This document shows positions 28,442 through 42,069 of a DNA stretch of 64,000 bases, piece by piece. A program made the position numbers and the translations under genes. Under the pieces are notes generated by a model. The model ran no database searches and was not told where the DNA came from. It was given only the letters and a program-made list of their open reading frames with translations. Position 1 is the first letter of the stretch. Each line of letters starts with the position of its first letter. Source of the stretch: Lama glama (lineage: Eukaryota); contig CM052816.1 in assembly GCA_028534125.1 (NCBI GenBank), positions 62,188,001 through 62,252,000 on the forward strand, given 5' to 3'.

Positions 28442-29585
28442 TTTTGTTTCATTATAATTGACCTGGCAGATCTCTTAATAGGCATGTTTATTTTGCTTGT
28501 ATGTAATGCATATATCCTTTATTTGTTATAATCTACTTCAAACTAATACTTCTGTTACTTGATGAACAGTGTGAGAACCTCATAGCATTTTCCATATTAT
28601 AATTATCTGTTTGGATTAAATAACTTCTCCCCCACCCCCTACTGCGATCCCCTTGAAGTGATTTTCTTACTCATTTTTGTGTCACAGCTTTTATAGTACA
28701 GTATCTGGCTACTGATAAATGTTTTACCAAGGAATAAATGTAGTATTTTCTCTAAACTTCATGATCTCTATCTTTTTTCATTCTCAGATTATCTTCCCTG
28801 CAGAAAAAAACTTGCAAATGAAGTATAATCTCCCCATTTTGTATCTACTCCTCGCCTTACATTTCTTATCATTATACTTTCTTGAATACATCAAACATTT
28901 ATCTACAGTTAATTCCTTCAACCACGATTTTGTTCCCATTTCCTTCTGTCATCTGAGGTCTTGCTCCATCCATTAACTCTCCCTCATTCCTCTTTCTGTT
29001 TCCTTGATTTTGGTATGGAAACATATTTAAGGCATTCTAACACCCAAATTAACTACCCACCCACCCATACCCCTGCCTCAGCTACTGCTCTTTCTCATTG
29101 TCTTTACAAATGAGTGTTGTTGGATTTTTTTTTAAGTAGTCTACCTTCAAATATATCCAGTGCAATCTGGAATCCACCCTTACAATTCCAATTAAATTGC
29201 CCTGGAAAATGTCACTAACTTCTCTCTCATCCCCCACATTAAATTTGTCACCAAATCAAGTCTATGTCTTAAAATCTCTTTCAAAACTATGAAGTTCTCC
29301 CCATTCTCTCAGATTATAATGTAAGGACATCTTCTGTGGTAAACATTTCTTAACTGGTGGATATGATTAATTTAAGAAATCACTTTCTAGCTAACCTTTT
29401 AGAATGCAAATATGCTAATAAGGTGAAGTATGTTCATTATAGGAAGTGATCTCATTTACAACTTTTCTGTATGTTCTCATACTTTCATTTTTATTCTGAG
29501 TTTAAGAAAAAAATCTTCATGCTGCTAAAATATTTTCTTTGTTTTTGAGGAAGGCATAAAATTACAGCACATTCAATTTTGTTAG

Positions 29586-29736
29586 ATTCCTAATAGCTGT
29601 GAAGAAGTTAAGTGTCCTGATCCGCTTCTGATTTTTAGTGGCAACTGCTTAAATCCTTCAGTTTTAAGTACAGTAACAAAAGGAAAGTGTATGATTCCTA
29701 TTTTAAATAAATTAGGAGTATATTTTGCCATTTTGG
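29586..29736 (+). pseudogene. NT5EL: 5'-nucleotidase-like pseudo-exon A (GD motif exon)
   Basis: Acceptor ttttgttag|A, then FLIAVKKLS / frameshift near 29614 / PDPLLIFSGNCLNPSVLSTVTKGKCMIPILNKLGVYFAIL-G|GTATTT. It is 151 nt, one short of keeping frame from phase 2 to phase 1; the unshifted frame stops at TGA 29629-29631. Confidence 0.88.
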
Positions 29737-29974
29737 GTATTTATAAGCTATCCTTTTTTACTTCTACCTGAAATTTATAAATGGCTTTTAGATTATTGGA
29801 TGTAAAAGTAATTGAATAGTCTTGCTCACCAGTTTATATATAGGCACCAAGACGGAGCGTTTGGAAGCTAATTAATGGGATTGTTCAGTGGATCTGAAAA
29901 TTTGTAGTCAAACCTGAGTTTGATTTTATGTGGCAAGATTTTTATTTGTGCCTATACAAAAGTGAGAAGTATTA

Positions 29975-30210
29975 CTGGAGTGGTTAAAGGCACAGGCTTT
30001 GGAGTTAGCTAGACCCGGATCAAAATCCTGGTTCCACCATTTCCTAGTTAAGTGATCTTGAAAAAAGTGACTAATTTGTCAATGCTTCAGTTTTATCAGA
30101 TGTAAAATAAGGAAAATAATGGTGCCTACTTCACAAGATATTTGTGTGGGTTAAACAAGATAACAGATATAAAGTGAAAGGTCTAATAGTATGCACTCAG
30201 TTACATTTTA
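29975..30210 (+). mobile_element. MIR SINE
   Basis: 'gtggttaaaggcacaggctttggagttagctagacccggatcaaaatcctggttccaccatttcctagttaagtgatcttg...cttcagttttatcagatgtaaaataagg' matches the MIR core pattern. Confidence 0.85.
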
Positions 30211-31789
30211 GATATTTTTATTGATGAACAGATAACAGGTTAAGAAAAAGGATATTTGAACTATTGGTAAAATGTGTTGGATTTTGATGAGAAGATAAGG
30301 GTCTTTGTATTATTTCTCTATATTGAAGAGATTATTTAGGAATTTAGATAGAGGATGACATTAATAAGGATCAATCTCTATCCATTACATTTTAGGGATA
30401 TTTAATGATTAACAGTGGTTATAGCTGGATGCCGTCAGAGATTTCTTTCTTTTTTTTTCTGTGAAACTTTCTAAATTTTATGCAATAAGCCAATGGGATT
30501 ATTGATTTCTATTATGTAATGACTGGTTCCTATTGGTTCATCATACTATATTTTCACTTAAAAAAAACCCACAATACATTGTGAACATTTCCTTATGATA
30601 TAAAATCATCTTTTTTATTACGGTGAAGTATACATTATATTAAAATGATTAAAATGATAAATTTTAAGTTTCAGTGGCATTAAGTACATTCACATTGCAG
30701 TGTGTGAAATAATCTTTTGCAATACTTCTAATGGTTGCATAGTATTCCATTTAATGGATGATTTTTAAAAATTTAATCTATTAGATATTTAAATTGTTTC
30801 TGATTATTTGTTATTACAGTAAAACTGGACATTAAAAGGGTTTTGGGGAGGCTTATCTGGGGGATGAAAAGGATATTAAATATTTTAGACAGGTATTTGG
30901 GGATGTCTCTTGTAGGACCGTAGGGTGGCCAGGCCAAATAGTTTCAGAAGGAAATGATTACATATAATCCTATCATTTGTTCCATCCTTCCCAACTCCGG
31001 ATGGATTTTTTTTTTCTTTGGGTGACAGAAGATAATGAATGGAGGAAAAGAGGCAGAAATCAGTCCTAGGATTTAATTGCCCTTGTTTTACTTGTACCCT
31101 CCTGCTGTTTGTTTTGTCTGCCACAGACTAAGGGATGTGTCTGAACTCATTACCAGCTGATGTAGAAGTTAGGCTCTAGAAATGTCCTACATTTAAATTT
31201 AGCATATATTTGGTTACTAATTTTAGACCAAACATTGAATTGGACCATATGTGCTGACTTTGTTCTACTTCTATTGTAAAAGAAGGGAACTGTTTATGTT
31301 GAAAACTCGGTGTACTAGCAGCATAGTTTGAACTCTGCAGTGTTTGACTTTCTGAGGAATGCGTTGATTTGTGGTAAGTGATGTTTTCAGTTTGTTTGAC
31401 ATTCTGTTCATACATAAATCTATATTTGATTGATTTCAGTTTTCTCTTAGACCCTTTCACGGTGGATTCTTTTGTGAGAAGGCAAGAACAAATAGTCAAT
31501 CCCTATTGGTTATATTCAGTTTACCAATTCTGTTAAGTACTATATTGGATTTTTGTTTTTGACATTTTAAATTATTTTTAATGAATTTGATGCAGTTTGA
31601 GGATAGAAAAGTACCAAGAAATAGAAAATACTCAGAATTCTATCATTTTAGGTTCACATTTTGTGATGCTTCCCTGCAATTTCTTTTATGTGCATTTTTC
31701 TGGTAGTTGAGATTATTACTGTAATTGGGTAATTTCACACACTGCGTTTTCTTGCACATTATATCAAGCATTTTCTCATGCACATCAGT

Positions 31790-32500
31790 TTCTTCCTGGC
31801 AGAAAATAGATGATACACCCACATGGGTAATTTGAGAAGAGTTTTAAAAAAGGACTATTTAAAAAGGTATAGGAAGAAGGAAGGTAACTGTAAGGTGGGA
31901 TAATATAGTATTGAGCACTAAAAATGTGGCTAGTTGAAATTCAGATGTGCTATAGGTGTAATTGGCATACTGGATTTCTAAGACTATGAAAATAGAATGT
32001 GAAAAACTCCTTATTAATCTTTTTTTTTATTATTGGTTATGTGTTGATAATATTTTGGACATATTGTGTTAGATAAATGACATGTATTAAATTAATTCTA
32101 TATTTCTTTTAAAAATGTGGGTATTAGAAAAATTAAAATTACATATATCAATTGTCTTATTTCTCTTAGACAACACTAGTATGGGGTGCAGTATAAAGAG
32201 GCATCTCTAGGCCTGAAAAGGAGGATTCTGTGCAAAGATCAGCTGATACAAACCATAGCTTTCAGGAGAGGATTGCAGCCAATTCACAATGACCCAGGGA
32301 GAAGAAGGGTCGGGGGAAATGAATACTTTGACCCTGTTCTCGTCCCCTACGCTTTCCTCTCAAATTCCCATCTGTCATTGGTTTAACCCAACAGGAAGCC
32401 AGTAGGTAAGCTGAGGTCTGTAGAGGCTGGCCTCGCTGCGCCCACAGCAGGGTAGAAAAAAGTGACTCTGAAAGAGTCTATTGAAGATATCCAGTATACC
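31790..32500. mobile_element. MaLR (MLT1-like) LTR with a nested MER33-like hAT MITE (~31908-32178)
   Basis: Inner 'attgagcactaaaaatgtggctagttgaaattcagatgtgctataggtgtaa...tattagaaaaattaaaattacatat' resembles MER33; the flanks resemble MLT1. Confidence 0.6.
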
Positions 32501-35119
32501 AACTCACTTAAAATACTTTGCAAATAGAGTTTTCAAGGACTGTGTATTCCACTTCATGTGGAATTCCACTTCATATATTGTCCTGGGAAAGTGTTAGGCA
32601 AGTTATAACGTAATCTGATTATGGGAACTAATTAGGGTATATAATTTCATTTAAAATGTATGAGAGATAAATCAAACTGAGTTTTTTGCTTGAACAGCAA
32701 TCAAGCAGTTTACTGATAAGGGGTTTCTGAAGTGTACTTCAGAATTTGAAAGCTGATAAAATAGGCAATGTCAAAATTCTATCCCCATACTTAAAAGAAA
32801 ATTTTCTTGAGTAATTTTTTTCCTATCTCTAAACTTACAGTGGGGCACACAGTCTTGGTTTTGTTGGGTCGTTCTTTAAGTTGTTTCCATTTATTGCTTT
32901 AATTCTGAGATAGCAATTGATAGTTTATTCATTTTAATAAACTTAATATTCCCAAGATGATGAAATTTGGTAGTTTATTTTAGTTTGAAATGATAGAGCT
33001 TTAAAAAATGTAATACAATTTATTAAAAGCACACATAAATACTTGGTGGTAAAGTTTTGATCAAGTGGAAGACTTACCAGTCTGACCTTTTCTTTCACTT
33101 ATCTAAACAAGAATTGACTGATATAGTATGAACTACGTTATGATTTCTGACCTCAGACAACACTTAGCATGATCAAAATCCTTTGTTCTCAAGTAGTTTG
33201 AGCTATGCCCCTACGATGTATTGTTTACTTTGTATTTTTATCATAGACACTAAAATAGAAACATCTGTTCAGTTACAAAATCTAACACACATTCAAAGTT
33301 AGTGAGTCAACTTTTGTAGTATTTCAGAATTCAACTTGTACAGGTTTCAGTGGATGATAATTCTGATCACTGATATGTGTAGAGAGAAAACTCAACTACA
33401 GTTCCTCTTGGATTTAGTAATGACTATGTAGTTCTGAAAATGTTCTGAGACTAAATAATGATAACCCATGTTCTCTGAAACAAACTGTTCCCTTGGAAAT
33501 TTTGATTAGTGTTTTCATAGGTGTTAGTAATTTTATTAATGTTTTTATTTAACTGTTTCATATAGGTAATACATTCATATGTTCAACAACAAAAAATATT
33601 AATTAGAGAATTAAAATACCTCCTATGGCCTCTTCTGCTCACTTCCAGCTCTCCTCAGGTAACCTTTCTTTTTAGTTTCTTGGGGTTCTTTCCAGAGTTT
33701 CTTTACATATAAACTGATATGAATATAAATGCTTGTTTTCCCCCTTTTTTTTCTCAAAGGGAACATATTACACATACTGTTTCCATTTCCTCTTGTTTTC
33801 TCGCCATCTGTTTCCTACATTTTTAGTATTCTTGCTTTATGGCCTGCCTTACTTCCTTTTATTTATTCTCAATTCTTGGAGGAATATTTTGTCAACATTT
33901 TACTCTCTGCTGTGGGATGATTCTTCTGACTGTTGTTCTCTGGTAAATTTTGTTGCTTTTCCTTTCTCTTTTACCACTGTTGTGCCAGGTAGGGTTCAGG
34001 GCAAGCAGATGATGGGAAGTTGCAGTTGGGGTTGACCTGTGGCCTGTGGGTTCCCAGGGAACTGAATTTCTCTATTTGGGGAGGTATAAACCTTTGACCT
34101 TGGCAAGTATCAGTGGGTGAAATATCATGGTGTGTTCTGCCTGCTTTTGTATCTGGTAGTTCCAGAGGGTTGATCATTGGTCTCTCCTTTTTTTCAGTCC
34201 AGCTGGGTGTAATTCTGAGTTTTAATGAAAGTGACAAGGCATTCAGGGATGAGCTGCTCAGTTATATTAGAAGTGCTCAGGTATGCAGGAGCCTGGCTAA
34301 CCAGGGGACAGTAAACCACCCATCTTTTACAAATATATAGTGCAACATTGTAAACTGACTGTACTTCACTTAAAAAAGTAGCCACATGTCAGACTCTTAA
34401 ATTTCAAACATAGCATTAATATCTCAATTCAAATTTGTGGTAGTTAACTTCATATCTGAAGTAAACTATAGTCTTTAGCCACTTTGAGAAAAAAGTCTAA
34501 GGTCCAAATAAGACAAGTCCTGTTAAAAGGCGTTTTCTTAGGAGCATGAGGATTATATTTAAAGGAACACATTGTTGGGGTAGGGTAAATTTTAGTATTG
34601 AAAAACTTCAAAATGTAATTTATAGAGAGTGGCTTCAACATTAATAGAATTTTTGTTTTCTTTTTACTTTTGTGCAAAGAACAGAATTAAGACTTCCCAA
34701 AATATATATATATATGTATATATACATATACATATATATATATATTTACAAAACATTACTACCACAAGGTATTCTGCATAAAAAGTTTCAAATGATTTTG
34801 TAAAACACTGTTAGCATATCCCTCATTTGGAGATTTGAACTGAATATCATGGTATATTAAAGAGCAGAGAAGCTGATGAGTAAAGCAGGCTCTTTAACTT
34901 TGGCTTAACTCATTGTTTCCAAACTCGACTGAAAAACTAGTATTTCACAGACTACAGTTTAGTAAATACTAGCCCAGAAGACAGTCAGATGTCCTTCTAT
35001 TTTGCTTTTATCTACCTGGAACTTTAAAAAAAAATTCAGCTGTGGATACTTCTTTGCTACATGGATCCTGAGTTACAAGATCAAGGGAAAACTAACATTT
35101 AAACAGAGGTGAAGTCTTG

Positions 35120-36435
35120 GTGTGCTCTTTCCTGGGTCGTGAGTGACCTCCGTGGTGCTAAAGCGCGTGGTCACTTTTTAGTCTTCATCTTTTTTGGTTC
35201 GTCAGCTTGTGACAGAGATGATCAGTCCTTTCTCCCTAAACCCTTTCCTCACTTAGTTTTCAGAAGGCCGCACTCTCCTGGTTTCCTTCCAGTCACACTG
35301 GCTGAAGCAGGAACGTGGAATATTCTTTACCTGTTTTGCTGGTTCCTCCTCACCCACCCTCTCCTTGCTGGATCATTCCAAGAATCAGTTCTTGTTCTTT
35401 TGTTTATTCCCGTACTGATCTCACCCTAACTTCTGGCCTCAAACCCTATTTGTTTGCTGACTCAGAAATCATATACTTAACCTTGACTTGTGTCCTGAAT
35501 CCAGATCTGATTAAATGCTTACTTGACATCTAGTCTTCAATGTTGAACATGTCCAAAATTAACTCCTGATTCCCCAGCAAAACGTTCTTCCCTGTGCTTG
35601 TGCCCTTAGTTTAATACAATTTCATCTTCATCCATCTAGTTGCTCAGGTCAAAAACCTGAAGACTCATTCTTGATTGCTTTCTCTTAAACCCTCAAACCA
35701 GTCTGCCAGCAGATCTGTATTGGTTGTGCCTTCCAAACTATCCAGAACCTATCCCACTCTCTGCCACCTCCCCTCTGCGACCCTGCTCTAAGCACCTTTA
35801 CGTCTTTTCTGGATTATTACAATACCCTCTTAAATGGTTGCCCTCCTTCTGGTCTTGCCCTCCTCCAGTCTGTTCTCACCAGGGAAATCTTTCAAAATGT
35901 CAGGTACCATTTTTCTATGCAATATGTACAGTATCTCCTGAACTTCTTTAGAGTAAAAATCAAAGTCTTCTGTGGCCAACCAGACCTTCTCTGATCTAGT
36001 TCCCCATCACATCTTTGGTTTCATCTACTACTGCCTTGTCACTCACTCTGCAGCTGTTCAGTAGCTTTTCTTCTATTTCTCAGTAACACCAGGTATGTTC
36101 TCCACTTGAGGTCTGTGCTCTTCATATTTCCTCTGCCTGGAAGGTTGTTCTCCCAGACATTCACATGGATGGCTCTCCTTGCTCAGAGTGGCCTCCTTTG
36201 AGGACCCTATTTCAAATTACACCCTCTACCTTGGCACTCTAGCTGCCTTTCTTGTTTTACTTTCTCTATAGCACTTATTAGCTTATAATGGAGAATAGGT
36301 TTTACCTATTTTGTTTATTGTCCGTCTCCCGTCATTCCTTGAGGATAGAGATTTTTGTCTGTGTTCTACCTGCTATGTATCTAACACTGAGAATAATGCC
36401 CAGCACTTAGGAGTTTCTCAACAAGATTTATTGAG
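35120..36435 (+). mobile_element. LINE-2 3' portion
   Basis: Pyrimidine-rich L2 text ('ttgctcaggtcaaaaacctgaagactcattcttga', 'ttcctctgcctggaaggttgttctcccagacattcacatgg') ending '...cccagcacttaggagtttctcaacaagatttattgag'. Confidence 0.85.
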
Positions 36436-36679
36436 CAGAAGAAGGTATTCATTTACCTGGTCTTCGTTGTTTTTAAGGTCGTCAGATTCCCCTCAGTTGT
36501 TTAATGAGTCATGCAGTGTTAAATTATTGCAGTTTCAATAATTATGCCATGGTAATAGAGGGCAAAATGGTGTGTCACTGTTTTCTAAGTGAGGTTACAT
36601 TTATAATGAATGCAATTGTGGTGTTTATGGCTAACTACCAGGCTCTTAAGTTTCTTTATCGTCATATCTTTTTTTGTTG

Positions 36680-38660
36680 TTTTTAATAGACTTTATTTTT
36701 TAGAGTAGTTTTAGGTTCACAGCAAAATTGAGAGGAAGGTACAGAGATTTCTCATGTAACCCTTACCCTCTCACCTGCACATCTCCCACCAGAGTGGTAT
36801 ATTGGTTAAAATGTAAGGACCTACATGGACACACCGTTATCACCCAAAGTCCATGGTTTACACTGGGATTCACCCTTAGTGTTGTACATTCTATGAGTTT
36901 GCACAAATGTATAATGACATATGTACACTATTATAGTCTCAGAGAGAGTACTTTCACTGCCCTAAAATTCCTCTATATTCCACCTACTCATCCCTCCCTC
37001 CTCCCAACCCTTGGCAACCACTGGCATTTTTACTGTCTCCGTAGTTTAACTTTTACCGTATTTGGAATAATAAAGTATGTAGACTTTTTGATTGTCTTTT
37101 TTTCATTTAGTAATATGAATTTAAGTTTCCTCCGTGTCTTTCCATGGCTTGGCAGCTCTTTTATTTTTCAGCATTGCACAATAGTCCATTGTCAGGGTGT
37201 ACCACAGTTTTTTTTCGATTCATATACCGAAGAACAGCTTGGTGGCTTCCAAGTTTTGGCAAGTATAAATAAAGCTGCTATAAATATCCATGTGCAGATT
37301 TTTGTGTGGACATGAGATTTGAAATCAATTAGATAAATACCAAGGCACAGTTGCTAGATCCAAAGTAAGTGTGTGTGTAGTTTTGTAAGAAACCACCCAA
37401 ATGTCCTTCAAAGTGGCTATACCGTTTTACAGTCCTACCAACAAAGCAATGAATGAGAAGTCCTGTTGCTCCACATCCTTGCTAGTGTTTGACACGGTCA
37501 ATATTCTAGATTTTGGCCATTGTAATAGATGTGTAAATATCTCACTGTTTAATTTGCATTTCCCTGATGGCATGATGTGGCATCACATGGCAGATGATGG
37601 CATCATCTGCTTGTTTGCCATCTGTGTATCTTCTCTGATGAGATATCTATTAAAACCTTTGGCCCATTTGAAAATCAGGTTGTTTAGTTATTGTCTGAAG
37701 AATTCTGTATATATATATTTTGGAAAACAGTCTTTTATTAGCTGTGTCTTTTGCCAGTATTTCCTCCCAGTCTGTGGCTTGTCTTGACAGTGTCTTTTGC
37801 AGAGCAGAAAATTTTAATTTATCAGTTCTTTCTTTCATGGATCATGTCTTTGGTGTCATACCTTAAAAAAGTCATCACCAAATCTAAGGTCCTTTAGATT
37901 TTCTTCTGTGTTATCTTCTAGGAGTTTTACAGTTTTGCATTTCACATTTAGGTATGTAATCCATTTTGAATTAATTTTTGTGAAGTGTGTGGTCTGTGCC
38001 AAGATTCTTTCTTTTTTTTTTTTTTTTGCATATGGAAGTTCATTTGTTCCAGCACCAGTTGTTGAAAAGGCTATCTCTTCTACGTTGCATTGCCTTGGCT
38101 CCTTTGTCAAACATAAGTTTACTCTATTTATGTGGGTCTATTTCTAGACTTAGTTTTGCTGTTTCACCAAAACGACCCTGTTTTGATTGTTGTAGATTTA
38201 TAGAGATTTATAGTAAGTTGGGTAGTGTCATTCTTCCAACTTTGTCCTTCTTCAATATTATGTTGGGTTTTCTGGATCTTCTGCATTTCCATATAAACTT
38301 TAGAAAAAATTTGATATACAAAAATACTTTGCTGGGATTTTGATTGGGATTGCCTTGGAGCTATAGATAAAGTTGGGAAGAATTGATAGCTTGACAATAT
38401 TAAGAGTTCTTTTCATAAACATGAACTTTTCCTTCGTTTATTTAGTTCTTTGGTTTTATTAGAGTTTTGTAGTCTGCCTCATACAGATCTTAAGTAAATG
38501 TTGTTATATTTATGCCTATTTCATTTGGGGGAATGTTAATGTAAATAGTACTGTTTTTAATTTTAAATTCCAGTTGTTCATTGACAATATAAAAAAGCAA
38601 TTGACTTTTGTATGTTAACTTCATATCCTACAACCTTACTATAATTGCTCATTAGTTCTA
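36680..38660 (-). mobile_element. LINE-1 (L1M-type) 3'UTR and ORF2 3' part
   Basis: Minus ORFs give 'THFTKINSKWITYLNVKCKTVKLLEDN' and 'RQATDWEEILAKD'; the 3'UTR begins 'tttagagtagttttaggttcacagcaaaattgagagg'. Confidence 0.9.
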
Positions 38661-38679
38661 CTGTTATAGCTTCATGAGA

Positions 38680-39300
38680 TTTGCAGTTCCACTTCTGGGT
38701 ATATATCCGGAAAAAAAATGAAAACACTAATTCAAAAAGATACACGCACTCCAATGTTCACAACAGTACTATTTACAATAGCCAAGATATGGAACAACTC
38801 AAGTGTCTATGAACAGATGGTTGCATAAAGAAGACGTGGGTAAAGAAGTGGCATGTATATGTGTGTGTGTGTGTATATATAATGGAATATTACTGTCATA
38901 AAAAAGAATGGAATTCTGCCATTTGTAACAAGATGAATAGACCTAGAGAATATTATGCTTAGTGAAATAAGTAAGACAGGAGACAAAAATTTTGTATAAT
39001 ATCACTTATATGTGGAATCTAAAAAATAAAACGAATGTATATAGCAAATCAGAAATAGACTCACAGATATAGAAAACAAACTAGTGGTTACCAGTTGGGA
39101 AAGGGACCTGGGGAGGGGATGACAGGGGAAGGAGATTAAGAGATAAAACTACTATATATATAAAATAAGCACCAAGGATATACAGCACAGGGGATTATAG
39201 CCATTATCTTGTAATCACTTTTAATGGAGTATAGTCTAAAAATGATGAATCAGTATGTTGTACACCTGAAACTAAGGTAATCCTGTGATGCAACTAAATT
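38680..39300 (+). mobile_element. LINE-1 3' end, sense
   Basis: 'gcagttccacttctgggtatatatcc...aatagccaagatatggaacaactcaagtgtc...gactcacagatatagaaaacaaactagtggttacc...tacacctgaaactaa'. Confidence 0.9.
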
Positions 39301-40180
39301 AATAATGACAGAATTCCCTGAAAATTAAAAGGCAAATATAATTCATAAAGATCTATGATTCTAAAAAAAAAAAGTACAGAAGTATTGACATCATTTGCCA
39401 ACACATTATCAGAAGAAATGAAACTAGCTTATGCCTTATTTTTCCCTATATGGTTAGTTTCAGATGTCTTGCTGAATGATTTTTTTAATGCATAGAAATT
39501 TTATTACCACATTGTTTAATCATCCTGCTTGATGTAAATTTGATGCTAAGATATTAAATAAGTTAAATCAGTTAAAAAAATTACTAGAGAATTTTTTCAT
39601 TTACAAGGGTCCTACCACAGGATTACTTTTAGTAGTTATATTTGTGGTTTCAAAAAGTCATTGATTTTTATTTTCAAAAGAACTACTTACATAACTTAGT
39701 AAGGAATACAATTATTTCAGAAAATATAGAATTACATTGGAATTTCTTAGTACTTAACAACATCAACAAATTTTTAAAATTTAGGAAAAAAGACAACAAA
39801 TTTTTAATGAAGTAGGCCAGTGTGCCTACACTGACCAAAAATAATCTTTAAATTACCACATTACTAATCTGGGATTAGTCACATAATTTCATTTTGCCCA
39901 TTTTGTAAGGCATCTTTTCTACTCTCCTGAAGAATGTCTTTGAGAATGCAATACTGCCTGAATTACAGAGAGAGCTTTTGTAGAATAAAAGCTTCTACAA
40001 GTTTTATCATTGAGTTAAATCTGGGATAATTAAATGCAATGTGGGATAAAATGCATGCTCCTAACATACAGTTTTGCAAGTGTAAGGAACTCTGCTATTT
40101 GAAGAAGCACAGTATTTAAGTGATTTCAAGTGGATAACATTCTTGTGAATTAATTTTAAAACTATTATTTTAATTTTCAG

Positions 40181-40774
40181 GAAACCATGAGTTTGATCTT
40201 GTTGGAAGAATGCACAAAACAATGCACTTTACTTGGTTTCTCAGTAATGTTTCTGACAGATTTGCTTCTCAATACCTTGGACACCGTGCGGTTAAAAGAA
40301 AAAAACGTGGTTAATTGGAACAATACACAAATTGGCTTAATGGGATTAGTGGAAGAAGGGTGGCTAGATACTTTGGTGACAGTGAGGTCAAGTATAAACT
40401 GTAAAGATGATGTTGAAGTTGCTACCAAACAAGTATAAAGGTTATATTGAGGTTGAAAAAGAAGGGGGAGTTCTTGTCATCTTGAAGAAGGAGCAATAAC
40501 TAATATCAAGTGGGGAAATGATACACGACTTGTACACAAAGTGCAAGGAATCAGTTGATTCCAGGGGCCCATGATCCCATGATGATGGAATCAGGAAGGT
40601 GAGTGAAACTTGGATTGTCAAAAGTGGATCTGATTTTTAAAACTTGACAAAAATAAATATAAAATTCTTTGGTATATCTTTCCAATATGTATTTGAGAAA
40701 GTGGGCATTTTGAATTACCTGGAAAAAGATCCGTTTTTTAAAGCAATAGTAAGAGATTTTACTTAAAACATACA
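40181..40774 (+). pseudogene. NT5EL: 5'-nucleotidase-like pseudo-exon B (GNHEFD to the end of the metallophosphoesterase domain)
   Basis: Acceptor taattttcag|GA completes Gly with the last G of exon A. Across frames it reads GNHEFD / LLEECTKQ / MHFTWFLSNVSDRFASQYLGHRAVK / VVNWNNTQIGLMGLVEEGWLDTLVTV..INCKDDVEVATK / AITNIKWGNDTRLVHKVQGI / LIPGAHD / HDDGIRKVSETWIVKSGSDF*NLTKINIKFFGISFQYVFEKVGILNYLEKDPFFKAIVRDFT*NIQ. Stops are at 40638-40640 and 40764-40766; the probable donor is CA|GTAGGT. Confidence 0.9.
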
Positions 40775-41310
40775 GTAGGTGAATATTGCTTAGATTTTCA
40801 GCAAAGTACAGATTGACCACATGCACATTTATTGGACAGTATTGCAACATAATAGCCTGTAATACGTGAGAGACAACCACAGCAGACGGCATCTTCCATC
40901 ACAGTAAATTAAAGCTAGTTTTCACTTTATTGGACTTTCAATTTTCATATCCAGTTCATAAATTTATTTTGGTTTTATAAGTAGTAAGAATTTATACCTA
41001 ATTTAATATTTGAACTTATTTTCACTGTCATTATCAAAGTATTTTTCAACACTCCAAATTTTGAAAGAATTAACTTTTTAAAAAAGGGATTGCTACCCAA
41101 ATTTAAGCAGCAGTGTATTAATGAAAGAATAGGTGAACTTTAATATCAGCTCTTAATGGAAAGGAGCTCTCTCCCTTCTTTCCTCCTACTGGAGCAGCTC
41201 AAACTGCGAGTGGTTTGTAATCAGGCCACTTTAACCTCTATGTGCGTTGGAGCCTTGAGGCTTGTCTTTCCTTCCAGGTCCCCATACACACGACAGTGTT
41301 GTAGTGGGCT

Positions 41311-41313
<3 letters not shown>

Positions 41314-41355
<42 letters not shown>
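41314..41355 (+). repeat. (GT)n microsatellite, about 21 units
   Basis: Read directly. Confidence 0.97.
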
Positions 41356-41358
<3 letters not shown>

Positions 41359-41543
41359 ACTGCAACAGCTGATGGGAAACATGATCCAGGTTCTGTTGGT
41401 ATCTGTGCATGAGTTATGTCATATAACCTCTGGTACCTGAATGGATTCTATGGAAATGGAGCAATCTGTTCTGATTTTGGTGTAAGTAGTAATGATGGCT
41501 TTATGTTTGGATCACCTTGGTGTCAGGAATAGTAAATATTTTT

Positions 41544-41662
41544 AGTGGGGAGGAGGGAGGTGATTAGATTTATTCATTTGTTTATTTAAATGGAGGTACT
41601 GGGGATTGAACCCAGGCATGTGCATGCTAGGCACTCACTCTACCACTAAGCTATACCCTACC
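41544..41662 (-). mobile_element. tRNA-derived SINE, camelid Vic-1-like
   Basis: Minus strand 'gggtatagcttagtggtagagtgagtgcctagcatgcac..ctgggttcaatccccagtacctcc' has A and B boxes; a degenerate TSD flanks it (tgtcaggaatagtaa / tgccaggaatactaa). Confidence 0.88.
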
Positions 41663-41941
41663 TGCCAGGAATACTAACTATTTTTATGATAGTTTTCTGG
41701 CTCTAGAAAGTATAGGAGAGTCCTAAAATTTGTGATAACTTAGCCTCCTAAAAAGCTCTGAAAAGTAAATGATTGTTGAAATAAGTATTTTGATGTATTT
41801 TTAGTACTTTGATATTTGGAGAAGAAGAGTGTCAATGAATTATCTGATTTCTGAGCTGGAGGTAAAGAAGAAATAGTCAAGAGGAGAAAAATTGAAAAAA
41901 GGAAAAATGTTGATTTTTAGATAGTTTATTTTTTTCTTATA

Positions 41942-42069
41942 ATATATGTTAGAAGAAGTTCTCTGCCCGATTGATGTGAAATTAGATGGTTGTGACATTA
42001 CTGTAAGGTTTGAGTGCAGTTTTGGGAATATGGTTCACTAATGCAGTGTTGGAAACTACCATACTTCAG
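41942..42069 (+). pseudogene. NT5EL: 5'-nucleotidase-like pseudo-exon C (start of the C-terminal domain)
   Basis: Reads YMLEEVLCPIDVKLDGCDITVRFECSFGNMV / TNAVLETT, matching the family pattern LDG...VR..E.NLGN. The polypyrimidine tract ends in TAA rather than TAG, and no GT donor is seen at the 3' end (ttcag|gagatt). Confidence 0.8.

Noticed and set aside
40599..40604. Strong-looking donor AAG|GTGAGT as the end of exon B
   Set aside because: Family-like sequence (WIVKSGSDF...) continues in frame for about 175 nt beyond it, so it is at most a cryptic site.
41590..41660. tRNA gene calls here and near 49880-49950 and 61575-61645
   Set aside because: They have A-rich tails, TSDs and degenerate stems, so they are SINEs rather than tRNA genes.
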